The notes: generated by a model not told the origin, from the letters alone. A stretch of 64,000 nt of DNA from Deltaproteobacteria bacterium (GCA_040218735.1 JAVJQW010000019.1:1-64000); one strand, 5' to 3'; shown: positions 1 through 9,306, counted from the stretch's first letter. Program-made: numbers and translations.

Positions 1-135
1 GAGGCCGGCGAAGCCGCGAACGCGGAGGCCGGCGAAGCCGCGAACGCGGAGGCCGGCGAAGCCGCGAACGCGGAGGCCGGCGAAGCCGCGAACGCGGAGG
101 CCGGCGAAGCCGCGAACGCGGAGGCCGGCGAAGCC
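1..135 (+). repeat. 24-bp tandem repeat GAGGCCGGCGAAGCCGCGAACGCG, at least 5.5 copies, truncated by the window edge
   Basis: Perfect units at 1, 25, 49, 73, 97 and a partial unit at 121; encodes EAGEAANA. Confidence 0.95.
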
Positions 136-819
136 GAAGCAGCCGAGAACGCCGCGGCGCCGAAGTTCCTCGCGCGCACCTCCACGACCGCGCGGGCGAA
201 GCGCCGCGCCGCGAAGGCCCCCTCGACGCAAACCGCCACCACCGCCCGGCCCGCACCACCCCCCAAGCCCCGCACGCCGCGGGCGCGCCGCCGCTGGATG
301 CCCGCCGAGGACGTCCCCCGCGCGAGCGACGCGGGGCTCCTGGTCACGGGCGGCCTCGGCGGCGCCATCGCGCTGCTCGCGTACCGGCTCCTCTTCTTCT
401 CGCTCGTCACCGGCAGCTTCACGGAGGGGCGCGTCGTCGCGACGGTCCTCGCGGTGGACGGGCTCGTGGCGCCGCTCGTCACGGCCCTGCCCTTCTACGG
501 GCTCATGTCCGGGAGCGACGACTGGGACTACGGCTTCACCGAGACCTACCTGGGCGCCGGCCTCGTGAACCTGCTGCTCCTCGCCGCGGCGCTCGGCGCC
601 GGGCAGAACAGCGAGACCGCCGCGAGCGCGATCCTCTTCGCGGACCTGTTCATCGTGCCGCTCGCCGCGGTGATCACCGGCGCGTGGACCCGGGAGATCG
701 GCGAGGGGGCCCGCCCCGTCTGGTCGGAGGAGGCGCGCAAGATCACGCGGCCGCCCGACGACGCCAGCGCTACGCTCCCGCCTCTGCGAACGCCGTTCGC
801 CGCGCGCTTCAGCTTCTGA
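1..819 (+). CDS. Hypothetical membrane protein, 5' end outside the window; N-terminal EAGEAANA repeats
   Basis: Frame 1 is open from base 1 through ORF 298..819. Several hydrophobic helices; ends in ...ARFSF. Confidence 0.6.
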   Translation, partial: EAGEAANAEAGEAANAEAGEAANAEAGEAANAEAGEAANAEAGEAEAAENAAAPKFLARTSTTARAKRRAAKAPSTQTATTARPAPPPKPRTPRARRRWMPAEDVPRASDAGLLVTGGLGGAIALLAYRLLFFSLVTGSFTEGRVVATVLAVDGLVAPLVTALPFYGLMSGSDDWDYGFTETYLGAGLVNLLLLAAALGAGQNSETAASAILFADLFIVPLAAVITGAWTREIGEGARPVWSEEARKITRPPDDASATLPPLRTPFAARFSF

Positions 820-822
820 CCG

Positions 823-1077
823 TCAGCGCAGCCCTTTGCGCTGGATGCGCGCGGGCTGCGTCCCGGCGTCGTTGCTGTCGCGCCCGTTGGTGTCGACGCC
901 CGGATCGTCGGCCTCCGAGCGCACGGAGATCTTCTTCGCCTCGACCATCTTCTGGAACGCGGCGCGCTCGGTCGCGGCCTGCAAGACGTGGGCGCTCCCG
1001 CGCGGCGCGAGGTGCAGCACCTTGCCCTTCCCCAGCGGGACGCGCAGCGGGCCTTTCGTCTCGTTCGTCACGATCAT
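823..1077 (-). CDS. Small hypothetical protein
   Basis: MIVTNETKGPLRVPLGKGKVLHL... has normal composition and fills the gap between neighbours; ATG at 1077. Confidence 0.6.
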   Translation of the reverse strand: MIVTNETKGPLRVPLGKGKVLHLAPRGSAHVLQAATERAAFQKMVEAKKISVRSEADDPGVDTNGRDSNDAGTQPARIQRKGLR

Positions 1078-1202
1078 CAATCGCACGGATAGGCCACCGC
1101 GCAGCGCCTGTCGACCGCCTGGGGGTTCTCACAGCCACCAAAAGCCCGGGCGCGACGTTGGCGGTTGACTGCGCCCCCACGCCCGCCGAAAAGCGGCGCG
1201 AC

Positions 1203-2792
1203 GTGATCCCGCGCGAAAAAGACAACGTCGTCTACATCGACTCGGACAGCGCTCCCCGCATCATCCACTCGGGCGAGGACTTCCTCTACGAGCACCTGCC
1301 GATCGGCACGCGCGTCATCTACCCGAACCCGCCGATCAAGGGCCTCCCGCACCCCGACGCCGCGATCCGCTACGCGCTGAACCACCCGGAGGAGATGGAG
1401 CCGCTGTACGCGCTCCTCGAGCCGTCGATGCGGGTGTGCATCGTCATGGACGACATCTCGCTGCCGCTCCCGCCGATGCGCCTGCCGGACGTCCGCCAGC
1501 GTGTGCTGGAGATCGTGCTGCAGATCCTCGGCGACCACGGCGTCGACGACATCGACCTCCTCATCGCCAACGCGCTCCACCGCCGCATGACCGCGGACGA
1601 GATGAAGCGGATGGTCGGCTCCAAGATCTTCGAGCGCTTCTACCCGAAGCGCTTCATCAACCACGACGCCGAGGACCCCGAGGTGATGGTCACGCTCGGC
1701 GAGACGGAGCTCGGCGAGGTGGTGAAGACCCACCGGCTGTGCGCGGAGGCCGACCTCACGATCTACATCAACATCAACCTGGTCCCGATGGACGGCGGCC
1801 ACAAGTCGATGGGGATCGGGACGACGGACTACCAGGGGCTGAAGGCCCACCACAACCCGAAGACCATGCTCGAGGTCGACTCGTACATGGACCCGGAGAA
1901 CTCGGAGCTCGCGAACAGCGGCAACCGAATCGGCAAGATCCTCGACCAGCACGTCAAGGTCTTCCACATCGAGACGGCGCTCAACAACCGCATGTACGAC
2001 CGCTCGATGGAGTTCCTCGGCAAGAACGAGGACGACTTCACGGAGCTGGATCGCCTCGCGTTCCAGTCGCTGCGCTGGACGCTCAAGAAGCTCCCGCAGT
2101 CCGCGAAGCGCGCCATCTTCCAGAAGGTACCGGCGCCCTACGATCTCATCGCCGTGCACGCCGGCGCGACGGAGCCGGTGCACGACAAGATCCTCGAGAA
2201 GAACTACGAGCAGTACTGCGTCCCGGTGCGCGGGCAGGCCGACGTGCTCCTCATGGGCATCCCGTTCATCAGCCCGTACAACGTCAACGCGGTGTTGAAC
2301 CCGCTCCTCGTACAGGTCATGGCGCTCGGCTACCTGTACAACCTCTACCGCGGCGCGCCGCTGGTGAAGGACGGCGGCGTCATGATCATCGCGCACCCGC
2401 TGCACGACGACTTCGACCAGCGCTTCCACCCGAGCTACATCGAGTTCTTCCACCGCTGCCTCCCCGAGACGCGCGACAGCTTCGAGCTGCACAAGCGCTT
2501 CGAGAAGGAGTTCGCGACGAACCCGACGTACATCGAGATGTACCGCCGCGGGAACGCCTTCCACGGCGCCCACCCCTTCTACATGTGGTACTGGGGCGAC
2601 GCCGGTCGCAAGCGCGTCGGCAAGGTCATCTGCGTCGGCGCGAAGAACGAACACGTCGCGCGCATCCTCGGCTGGGAGACCGCCGACACCCTGACGGATG
2701 CGATCGAGCGCGCGAAGGACCTGACGCGCCCGAACCCGGACATCACGATGCTGCACATCCCGCCGATCCTGATGACCGACGTGACGAAGTAA
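1203..2792 (+). CDS. Lactate racemase (LarA/DUF2088) domain protein
   Basis: Motifs DDISLPLPP, ANALHRRMT, INHDAED and DGGHKS. GTG start at 1203; the upstream part of ORF 684 is Arg/Ala noise. Confidence 0.75.
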   Translation: MIPREKDNVVYIDSDSAPRIIHSGEDFLYEHLPIGTRVIYPNPPIKGLPHPDAAIRYALNHPEEMEPLYALLEPSMRVCIVMDDISLPLPPMRLPDVRQRVLEIVLQILGDHGVDDIDLLIANALHRRMTADEMKRMVGSKIFERFYPKRFINHDAEDPEVMVTLGETELGEVVKTHRLCAEADLTIYININLVPMDGGHKSMGIGTTDYQGLKAHHNPKTMLEVDSYMDPENSELANSGNRIGKILDQHVKVFHIETALNNRMYDRSMEFLGKNEDDFTELDRLAFQSLRWTLKKLPQSAKRAIFQKVPAPYDLIAVHAGATEPVHDKILEKNYEQYCVPVRGQADVLLMGIPFISPYNVNAVLNPLLVQVMALGYLYNLYRGAPLVKDGGVMIIAHPLHDDFDQRFHPSYIEFFHRCLPETRDSFELHKRFEKEFATNPTYIEMYRRGNAFHGAHPFYMWYWGDAGRKRVGKVICVGAKNEHVARILGWETADTLTDAIERAKDLTRPNPDITMLHIPPILMTDVTK

Positions 2793-2845
2793 CTTCGTCT
2801 GACAGATCCACCCGACAGCTTCGACGGGCCCGTCCGACGAAGCTG
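2783..2845 (+). terminator. Two adjacent hairpins at the larA-like stop codon
   Basis: GACGAAGT-A-ACTTCGTC (2783-2799) contains the TAA. CAGCTTCG...CGAAGCTG spans 2816-2845. No U-tract. Confidence 0.35.
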
Positions 2846-2974
2846 ACAGGTCCAGCCTTCGCCTCTGGTTTCCGCGAGTTACGTGCGCCCGCCGCGCGCG
2901 TGGCACGTGGGTTGCTCTTCCCTCGGGCAACCATGACGGCGCCCTGGCGCCATGCACCAAGAAGGGAACACACC

Positions 2975-3301
2975 ATGAAGAAGACGATCATCACCCTCGC
3001 CACCTCCTTCGCGCTCGGCTTCGCGCTCGCGGCCTGCGGCGGTCCGGACGAGGGGGTCGAGTACGACGAGACCGGCGCAGAGATCACCGTGCAGGTCGGC
3101 GGGAGTCAGTCCGATCGCGTCGAGGGCGGGCGCGAGCCGATCGCGCCGGTGGGGAACAACGGCTACTGCTGCAATACGAGCACCGGGCTCGTCTCCAAGA
3201 CGCAGTCGCACGGCTGCGACGCGAGCGACGAGACGTGGCACAGCACCTACGCCGACTGCGTGAACAACTCGATCTGCGGCTCCAACTGCAACATCAACTG
3301 A
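2975..3301 (+). CDS. Small Cys-rich lipoprotein
   Basis: Lipobox MKKTIITLATSFALGFALAA-C, AAGGGA RBS, 6 Cys in the C-terminal 45 aa. Confidence 0.8.
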   Translation: MKKTIITLATSFALGFALAACGGPDEGVEYDETGAEITVQVGGSQSDRVEGGREPIAPVGNNGYCCNTSTGLVSKTQSHGCDASDETWHSTYADCVNNSICGSNCNIN

Positions 3302-3413
3302 CGGCGTGGGGACTTCCGACCCACTTCGGTAGTAGGATGTAAGTATCCGATTACACTAAAGTTTTTCGTTCGATTCGCGCAACACGACTCGACGCCTACC
3401 GATAACCTCGATC

Positions 3414-3827
3414 GTGAAAGTCCGCTTCGAACGGGCCGTGCACGGAGCGCTCCTGCCAGGAGGGCAAGAGCGCTTCGAGCTGCCGCAGCACGCGCTGCCG
3501 TGGCTGACCTCCGTGCTTGCACGAGCGGCGACCTCTTCGAACGCGGACCTCGAGATCGAACGCGGGCTCCGGCTGATCTGTGCGCTGAAGGGGACGCTCG
3601 CGTCGCCGACGGCCGCGGAGCGACTCCGCTCCGTGATGCGCTCCGTGCCCGAGGTGAAGGCGCACCTCAAAGCCAAGCGCAGGAAGAAGGGCGGCATCGA
3701 CGCGACCCGCGGCTTCCTCGCGCGGGAGGGGCGACAGCAACGGCTCTGTGCACCCCAGCTCGCCCCGCGCCGGGCCGCCTCGCTCACGATCTCGAGCTTC
3801 TACCGCACCAAGGATCGACGGTGCTGA
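3414..3827 (+). CDS. Hypothetical protein
   Basis: 137-aa ORF co-directional with its neighbours. Confidence 0.5.
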   Translation: MKVRFERAVHGALLPGGQERFELPQHALPWLTSVLARAATSSNADLEIERGLRLICALKGTLASPTAAERLRSVMRSVPEVKAHLKAKRRKKGGIDATRGFLAREGRQQRLCAPQLAPRRAASLTISSFYRTKDRRC

Positions 3828-3863
3828 TCCGCGACTTCTTTCCAGGACGAAAGAGAGTGAACC

Positions 3864-5360
3864 ATGGCAGGTGATGGCGTTTCCAACGATGGCGGACCGG
3901 GCGGACCTTCCGGCGTAGACAGCTCCCGAGACACCGGCGGCGTCAACGACACGGATGCAGCCGACGTCTCGAGCGCCACCGACGCCGTCGACAGCGCGGA
4001 CGTCGACGCCGAAGCCGACGCGATCGCCGGCCCCGACGACGACGGCTACGAAGCCGCCGCGCCGACCGGCGTCGACGGTGACGATGTCGCGGTCGACGAA
4101 GCGGCCGAGGAAGCCGCGATCGACGACGCGGCCGACGTCGACGAGGCCAAGCGCGCCGAGGAAGCCGCGCTCGAGGCCGCGCTCGCCGCGAACCCGGCGG
4201 CGCCCCTCGCGAACCCCGATCTCTCCCGCGCAGATCTCGACGCCCACCTGCAGGGCCTCACCACGCCGGAGCTGACCGGCGTCGTGAAGGGCGTCGACCA
4301 GCCGGAGATGGGTTACGGCGAGAAGGTCACCGAGCAGGGCTGGGAGGCGCTCCGCGCCGAGGTCGACGCGCGCTTCGAACGCGCCCGCGAAGAAGAAGAC
4401 TGGGCGAACCCGGACCTCGCCGAGCTCTCCGTCGAGACGGTGCGTCAGCGTGACTTCGGCGGGCTCGGTCCGTCGCAGGCGGAGCGCGACTACCGAACCA
4501 TCGCGAGCGGCTTCACGGGGATCTCGGCCGACCCGGCCGCGATGGAGGTCAGCGCCAAGCTCGAGCACGCGACGCGCCTCGAGCAGTACCAGATCATGGG
4601 GGACATGCCGGTCACGGAGATGACGAACCGGCAGCTCATCGACAGCGTCGCGGGCGCGAACGGTCTTCGCACCGCGGGCAACATCATGTCGGTCGCCGGC
4701 ATCCCGGGCCTCGTCGCGGGGATGATGGCGGAGGGCAAGGTCAACGAGCGCACCACCGAGCTCGCGGCGCGCCTCGAAGACGGGCGCATCACCAACATCG
4801 ATCCGAACCTCGGCGAGGTCAACAACACGACGCGGGTGGTCGGCGGCGTCGTCGCGGCGGCGGAGATCGCAGCGATGGCGCACCCGAAGAGCTGGGCCGG
4901 CGGCATGTTCGACGCGGTCCGCGCGGCGTTCCGTCGCGGGGACGACGTGGCGAGCGCGTTGAACAAGACGTTCACGAACGTCCCGGTCGGCGAGCTACGC
5001 GCACCGAACGCGGCGCGCCATTTCGTGGATCGCATCGGTCCGAAGTCGTGGACGAAGGGCACCAACACGGTGGTCGAGAACCCGCAGCTCGTCGCCGACG
5101 ACGTCGCGGCGATCCGGCGCGGCGAGGGTGTGATCGACGGCGACCGCATCACGATCAACGGCCGCACCTACGGCGCGCACGACGGGACGCTCTTCCCGGT
5201 CGAAGGCCCCGGCTTCCACCAGCTCGACCGCGGCGGCTTCAAGGCGATCCAAGAGATCAAACGCGCCGGGAGCCTGGAGGGCGCGCAGCAAGCCCTGGAC
5301 GGGATGGGCATCCCGCAGGCGACCCGCGAGCTCGCCGCGCGACTTCTGGGATTGAACTGA
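3864..5360 (+). CDS. Putative polymorphic toxin: acidic low-complexity N-terminus and Rhs/CdiA-like C-terminal tip
   Basis: D/A/E-rich N-half, a hydrophobic GGVVAAAEIAAM linker, and a basic C-terminal domain with DVAAIRRG..INGRTYGAHDGTLFP..GFHQLDRG. Confidence 0.55.
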   Translation: MAGDGVSNDGGPGGPSGVDSSRDTGGVNDTDAADVSSATDAVDSADVDAEADAIAGPDDDGYEAAAPTGVDGDDVAVDEAAEEAAIDDAADVDEAKRAEEAALEAALAANPAAPLANPDLSRADLDAHLQGLTTPELTGVVKGVDQPEMGYGEKVTEQGWEALRAEVDARFERAREEEDWANPDLAELSVETVRQRDFGGLGPSQAERDYRTIASGFTGISADPAAMEVSAKLEHATRLEQYQIMGDMPVTEMTNRQLIDSVAGANGLRTAGNIMSVAGIPGLVAGMMAEGKVNERTTELAARLEDGRITNIDPNLGEVNNTTRVVGGVVAAAEIAAMAHPKSWAGGMFDAVRAAFRRGDDVASALNKTFTNVPVGELRAPNAARHFVDRIGPKSWTKGTNTVVENPQLVADDVAAIRRGEGVIDGDRITINGRTYGAHDGTLFPVEGPGFHQLDRGGFKAIQEIKRAGSLEGAQQALDGMGIPQATRELAARLLGLN

Positions 5361-5370
5361 GGACGCTACG

Positions 5371-5790
5371 ATGCACATGAGGACGCCCACCGTGAAGCAA
5401 CGCGAAATCCTGGAGGTCGCGCTCGCCGCCGACGTCGCCGACGTGAAGTCGCTGCTCGCCCCGCTCTTCGCGCTCGACGCAAACGACATCGCCGAGCTGC
5501 GCACCGACGTCGGCGAGTCGGCCGTGCGCTACGAGCTGGAGAAGATGCCCGGGAGCTTCAGCACGAAGCTCACCCTCTACATCGACCCGGACCGCACCAA
5601 CGGCATCGACACCGACGCGGCCCTCGCCGAGGCCCTGGTCGGCGCGACGCAGGATCGCGCCGTCGCCTCGCTCCCGGCGGATCACCCGCAGGCCGCGAAC
5701 CCGGCCGCCTGGATGCTGTACGCGCCCGGCGCCCCGCCGAAGCTGGTGCACCAAAAGGCCCGCGACGACGACGGCATCGACCTCGCGTAG
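5371..5790 (+). CDS. Putative immunity protein
   Basis: Small acidic ORF 10 bp after the toxin-like gene; GAGGA RBS. Confidence 0.5.
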   Translation: MHMRTPTVKQREILEVALAADVADVKSLLAPLFALDANDIAELRTDVGESAVRYELEKMPGSFSTKLTLYIDPDRTNGIDTDAALAEALVGATQDRAVASLPADHPQAANPAAWMLYAPGAPPKLVHQKARDDDGIDLA

Positions 5791-5833
5791 CCCCCGGGAA
5801 CCTTCTTCGGCGCTCGTTTGTTAGGGTCGGGTC

Positions 5834-6856
5834 ATGGCCGGACCCATCCTCCGCATCGCCCAACTCCAGTTCGTCTGGGAGACGCAGGACCCGTTCCTCT
5901 TCTGCGTCCACCACGACGACGCCTACCCGAAGGGCAACCCACAGCTCGGTCCGGACGCGTCCCTGAAGGGGCGTAACATCGGGATGGACTTCGAGGGGAT
6001 CGACGGTTGGCGCATGTACCACGGCGACGTCGTGCCCGGGTTCCCGTCGCACCCGCACCGCGGCTTCGAGACCGTGACGGTGGTGCGTGACGGGCTCGTC
6101 GATCACTGTGACTCCCTCGGCGCGGCCGGGCGCTACGGCCAGGGCGACGTGCAGTGGATGACGGCGGGCGCCGGCATCGTGCACTCCGAGATGTTCCCGT
6201 GCCTGAACCAGGACGCCCCCAACCACTGCGAGCTGTTCCAGATCTGGTTGAACCTCCCGGCGAAGAACAAGATGGCGAAGCCGCACTTCAAGATGCTGTG
6301 GGGGCCGACGATCCCGCACGGCTGGGAGAAGGACGACGCCGGCAAGAAGATCCACCTGCGCGCGTACGCCGGTCAGCTCGCGGGGCTGCCGAAGCCGCCG
6401 ACGCCGCCGCCCGAGTCATGGGCGTCGCAGCCGAACGCGGACGTGGTCATCGCGACGATCAAACTCGAAGCCGGCGCGAAGTGGACGCTCCCCGCCGGAC
6501 CGAAGGGGGTGAACCGCACGCTGTACCCGTTCAGCGGCGTGGACCTCACGATCGCCGGCGAGCGCGTGACGCCGCCCGTCGGTGTGTTCCTGAAGGGCGA
6601 CGCGGACGTCGAGATCGTCAACGGCCACCACGAATCGGAGCTGCTCCTGCTCCAGGGCCGCCCGATCGGCGAGCCCGTCGTGCAGCACGGCCCGTTCGTG
6701 ATGAACACCCGCGAAGAGATCGCGCAGGCGTTCCGTGACTACCAGCGCACGCAGTTCGGCGGCTGGCCGTGGAAGCGGAACGACCCGGTCCACCCCGAGA
6801 ACGAGGGCCGCTTCGCGAAGGACGCGAGCGGCAAGGTCACGAAGCCCGACGTCTGA
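5834..6856 (+). CDS. Pirin family protein
   Basis: GFPSHPHRGFETVT, QWMTAGAGIVHSE, FQIWLNLP, GPFVMNT. Confidence 0.95.
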   Translation: MAGPILRIAQLQFVWETQDPFLFCVHHDDAYPKGNPQLGPDASLKGRNIGMDFEGIDGWRMYHGDVVPGFPSHPHRGFETVTVVRDGLVDHCDSLGAAGRYGQGDVQWMTAGAGIVHSEMFPCLNQDAPNHCELFQIWLNLPAKNKMAKPHFKMLWGPTIPHGWEKDDAGKKIHLRAYAGQLAGLPKPPTPPPESWASQPNADVVIATIKLEAGAKWTLPAGPKGVNRTLYPFSGVDLTIAGERVTPPVGVFLKGDADVEIVNGHHESELLLLQGRPIGEPVVQHGPFVMNTREEIAQAFRDYQRTQFGGWPWKRNDPVHPENEGRFAKDASGKVTKPDV

Positions 6857-6949
6857 CACGCCTGTCACGGGCTGACATCGGTGTCCGGCGGAGGGCGCCC
6901 CGAGCGCGTCGATCGGGGTCGGCACGATCGCTGCTATCCCCTCCCGCCG

Positions 6950-7945
6950 ATGCTGAAACAAACGACGCCGATCTTCCTCTCCTTCCTCACCGCCTGCGCC
7001 GCCGCCGACCTCGCCTCGGGCGACGGCGTCAGCACGGGCCCAGGCCCCGGCGCAGGTACCATCGAAGCCGGCACACTCACGGCCGGCGTGTGGGACGACA
7101 ACTTCAACTACGCGACGTTCGACGCGTACGTCGACAAGACCGCCAACCTCGACGGCCTGCCCGACATCTCCCAGGCCCAGCGCGACGAAGCGAACCGGCA
7201 CTGGGCCCAGCGCGGCAAACGCGACCGCCTCGACATCGCGTTCGTGCTCGATACGACCGGCAGCATGTGGGACGAGCTCGACTACCTGCGCGCGGAGTTC
7301 GCGGCGCTCGCGGAGCAGATCGAACGCAACAACCCGAACGCCGACCCGCGCTACGCGCTCGTGGCCTACGGCGACGAAGGCGAAGCGTTCGTCACCGACG
7401 TCACCGACTTCACCGCCGACACGGCCGAGTTCCAACGCACGATCGACGAGCAAGCCACGACGGGCGGCGGCGACTACCCGGAGGCCCCCGACCGCGGACT
7501 CGAAGACGCGCTGAAGCTCGAGTGGCGCAAGGGCAGCGTAGCGCGGATGATCTTCTGGATCGCGGACGCGCCGCACCACCGCGAAGACAGCGACCGCCTC
7601 ACCCGCGCGATCCACGGCGCGCGCGAGAACGACATCCACATCTACCCGGTCGCCGCGAGCGGCGCCGACGAGCGCACCGAACGCTCGATGCGCGGCGCAG
7701 CGCAGTACACCGGCGGGCGCTACATCTTCATCACCGACGACTCCGGCGTCGGCGGCGCCCACAAGGAGCCGACGGTCCCGTGTTACTTCGTCACCAAGCT
7801 GGACGCCGCCGTCCGCCGCATGGTCGACATCGAGCTGACGGGCGTCTACCGCGAGCCCTCGTCCGACGAGGTCATCCGCACCGGCGGCAACCCGAACGAC
7901 GGCGCGTGTGTCATGGAGGACGGCGAGGAGCTACTCGTCTTCTGA
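6950..7945 (+). CDS. VWA-domain lipoprotein
   Basis: Lipobox FLTA-C; MIDAS motif DTTGSM; GGGDYPEA; IADAPHH. Confidence 0.85.
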   Translation: MLKQTTPIFLSFLTACAAADLASGDGVSTGPGPGAGTIEAGTLTAGVWDDNFNYATFDAYVDKTANLDGLPDISQAQRDEANRHWAQRGKRDRLDIAFVLDTTGSMWDELDYLRAEFAALAEQIERNNPNADPRYALVAYGDEGEAFVTDVTDFTADTAEFQRTIDEQATTGGGDYPEAPDRGLEDALKLEWRKGSVARMIFWIADAPHHREDSDRLTRAIHGARENDIHIYPVAASGADERTERSMRGAAQYTGGRYIFITDDSGVGGAHKEPTVPCYFVTKLDAAVRRMVDIELTGVYREPSSDEVIRTGGNPNDGACVMEDGEELLVF

Positions 7946-7957
7946 CGGACGTCCAAG

Positions 7958-8374
7958 CTACGGCGACGCATGGAGGACGATGGCCTCGGCCGTCGCGGCG
8001 TCGAGGGGGGCCGACAACTTCACCCCGTTGGCATCGAGCGCAAACGCCATGATCGCAAGGTACTCTTCGTCCGTCAGGCTCCCGGGGTCTTCGCCGGGCA
8101 TCGTCCGCTTCACCCAGGTGAACACGTCGAGGGCCGTCCGGAAGTTGATGTCGCGTTGAGAATCCGCGCGCGGCGCGTACGGAAGGGCCCCCTCGCCCAC
8201 GACGCGAGGTCCGCGGTCGGTGCCTTGGCCGCCGTCGCCGTGGCAATGCGCGCACTCCTCGCCGTACAACGCAGCGCCGCGCTGGATCATCGTCGGTGCG
8301 TCGGTCGTGGTTTGGGTCGTCGACCCGCACGCGGCGCAAGCGAGGATAGAGAGAAGCAGAGTCAGTTTGTTCAT
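7958..8374 (-). CDS. Monoheme cytochrome c lipoprotein
   Basis: Lipoprotein signal, CAHCH heme motif, distal Met in RTMP. Confidence 0.9.
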   Translation of the reverse strand: MNKLTLLLSILACAACGSTTQTTTDAPTMIQRGAALYGEECAHCHGDGGQGTDRGPRVVGEGALPYAPRADSQRDINFRTALDVFTWVKRTMPGEDPGSLTDEEYLAIMAFALDANGVKLSAPLDAATAEAIVLHASP

Positions 8375-8398
8375 CGTTTCGTGAAACCTCCGCGCGTC

Positions 8399-8430
8399 GG
8401 ATGCGCGACGGTCACGAAGCGTTACGAGAA
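8399..8430 (-). promoter_or_regulatory. Probable ECF promoter for the cytochrome c gene
   Basis: Minus strand TTCTCGTAACG-N13-GCGCATCC; the same motif lies upstream of the sigma gene. Confidence 0.7.
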
Positions 8431-9060
8431 TCCGAGCTGCCGTGCGACGGCGGCGACGATTCGATCGCAGCGTTCCCCGTCGAAACGGAACGCGTGCGGC
8501 GCCGCCTCGAGCACCCCCGAGAGCCGCTCCCGGAGCAGCCGACGACCGCGGTGGAGTCGTACCCGCACGGCCTCCTCCGAGAGACCGAGGCAGTCGGCGG
8601 TCTGGGCCGTAGACATCTCCTCGACGTCCCGGAGCACGAAGACGGTGCGGAGCGACTCTGGCATCCCGTCCACGTAGACCTCGAGGAGCTTCGCGACTTC
8701 GGCTCGATACACTTCCGCCTCCGGGGTCGTCGGATCCGCCTCACCTTCGATGACTTCGAACGGTCGCTCACGCCGCCGACGCTGGAGCGCCTCGTTGATC
8801 GCGATACGCGTGAGCCACGTCGAGAACCGAGCGTCCCCGCGAAACTGCGACAGCTTCGCGAACGCAGAGACGTACGCCTGCTGGACGATGTCCTCGGCTT
8901 CCGCGTCGGAGGTCGCAATGGAACGAATCGAGCGAAATACCCGCTGGTTGTAGCGGCGCATCAGGATCGCGAACTCGGCCGGGCGGCCGGCGACGATACG
9001 CGCGACGATCTCGCGATCGGACGCTGTCTCTTCGGCGGGGAGGGCTGGAAGCTGCGGCAT
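8422..9060 (-). CDS. ECF sigma-70 factor with a C-terminal RCD extension
   Basis: Region 2 (AEDIVQQAY, FSTWLTRIAINEA), region 4 (VRVRLHRGR) and tail FDGERCDRIV. ATG 9060 is preferred because the promoter overlaps GTG 9078. Confidence 0.92.
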   Translation of the reverse strand: MPQLPALPAEETASDREIVARIVAGRPAEFAILMRRYNQRVFRSIRSIATSDAEAEDIVQQAYVSAFAKLSQFRGDARFSTWLTRIAINEALQRRRRERPFEVIEGEADPTTPEAEVYRAEVAKLLEVYVDGMPESLRTVFVLRDVEEMSTAQTADCLGLSEEAVRVRLHRGRRLLRERLSGVLEAAPHAFRFDGERCDRIVAAVARQLGFS

Positions 9061-9067
9061 GACCGTT

Positions 9068-9098
9068 GGATGCGCCACGCTGCGATCCGTTACGAGAA
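9068..9098 (-). promoter_or_regulatory. Probable autoregulatory ECF promoter
   Basis: Minus strand TTCTCGTAACG-N12-GCGCATCC, ending 7 nt before the ATG. Confidence 0.7.
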
Positions 9099-9111
9099 AT
9101 GCGGCGCCCGC

Positions 9112-9306
9112 CTAGGGGTCGTGCCGGGGCTGACCCTCGTCGTCGTAGACCTGCTGGACCTCGTCGAGGTTCATCGGCCGCGAGACGACGAACTCTTCGC
9201 CGAACCACTTGCCGAGATCGACGTCCTTGCAGCGCGCCGAGCAGAACGGTCGGTGCTCCGCTGCCGCGGGCACGGGGGCTTCGCAGGTCGGGCACTTTTG
9301 CGTCAT
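9112..9306 (-). CDS. yacG: DNA gyrase inhibitor YacG
   Basis: CPTC...RPFCSARCKDVDLGKW. Confidence 0.92.
   Translation of the reverse strand: MTQKCPTCEAPVPAAAEHRPFCSARCKDVDLGKWFGEEFVVSRPMNLDEVQQVYDDEGQPRHDP

Noticed and set aside
684-1202. N-terminal extension of the LarA-like ORF
   Set aside because: It overlaps two better genes and has noise-like composition.
1077-2960. Long antisense and alternate-frame ORFs (also 11180..12973, 16004..17908, 24171..26396, 46219..48189 and others)
   Set aside because: These are shadow ORFs expected at high GC3; they have no motifs and overlap well-supported genes.
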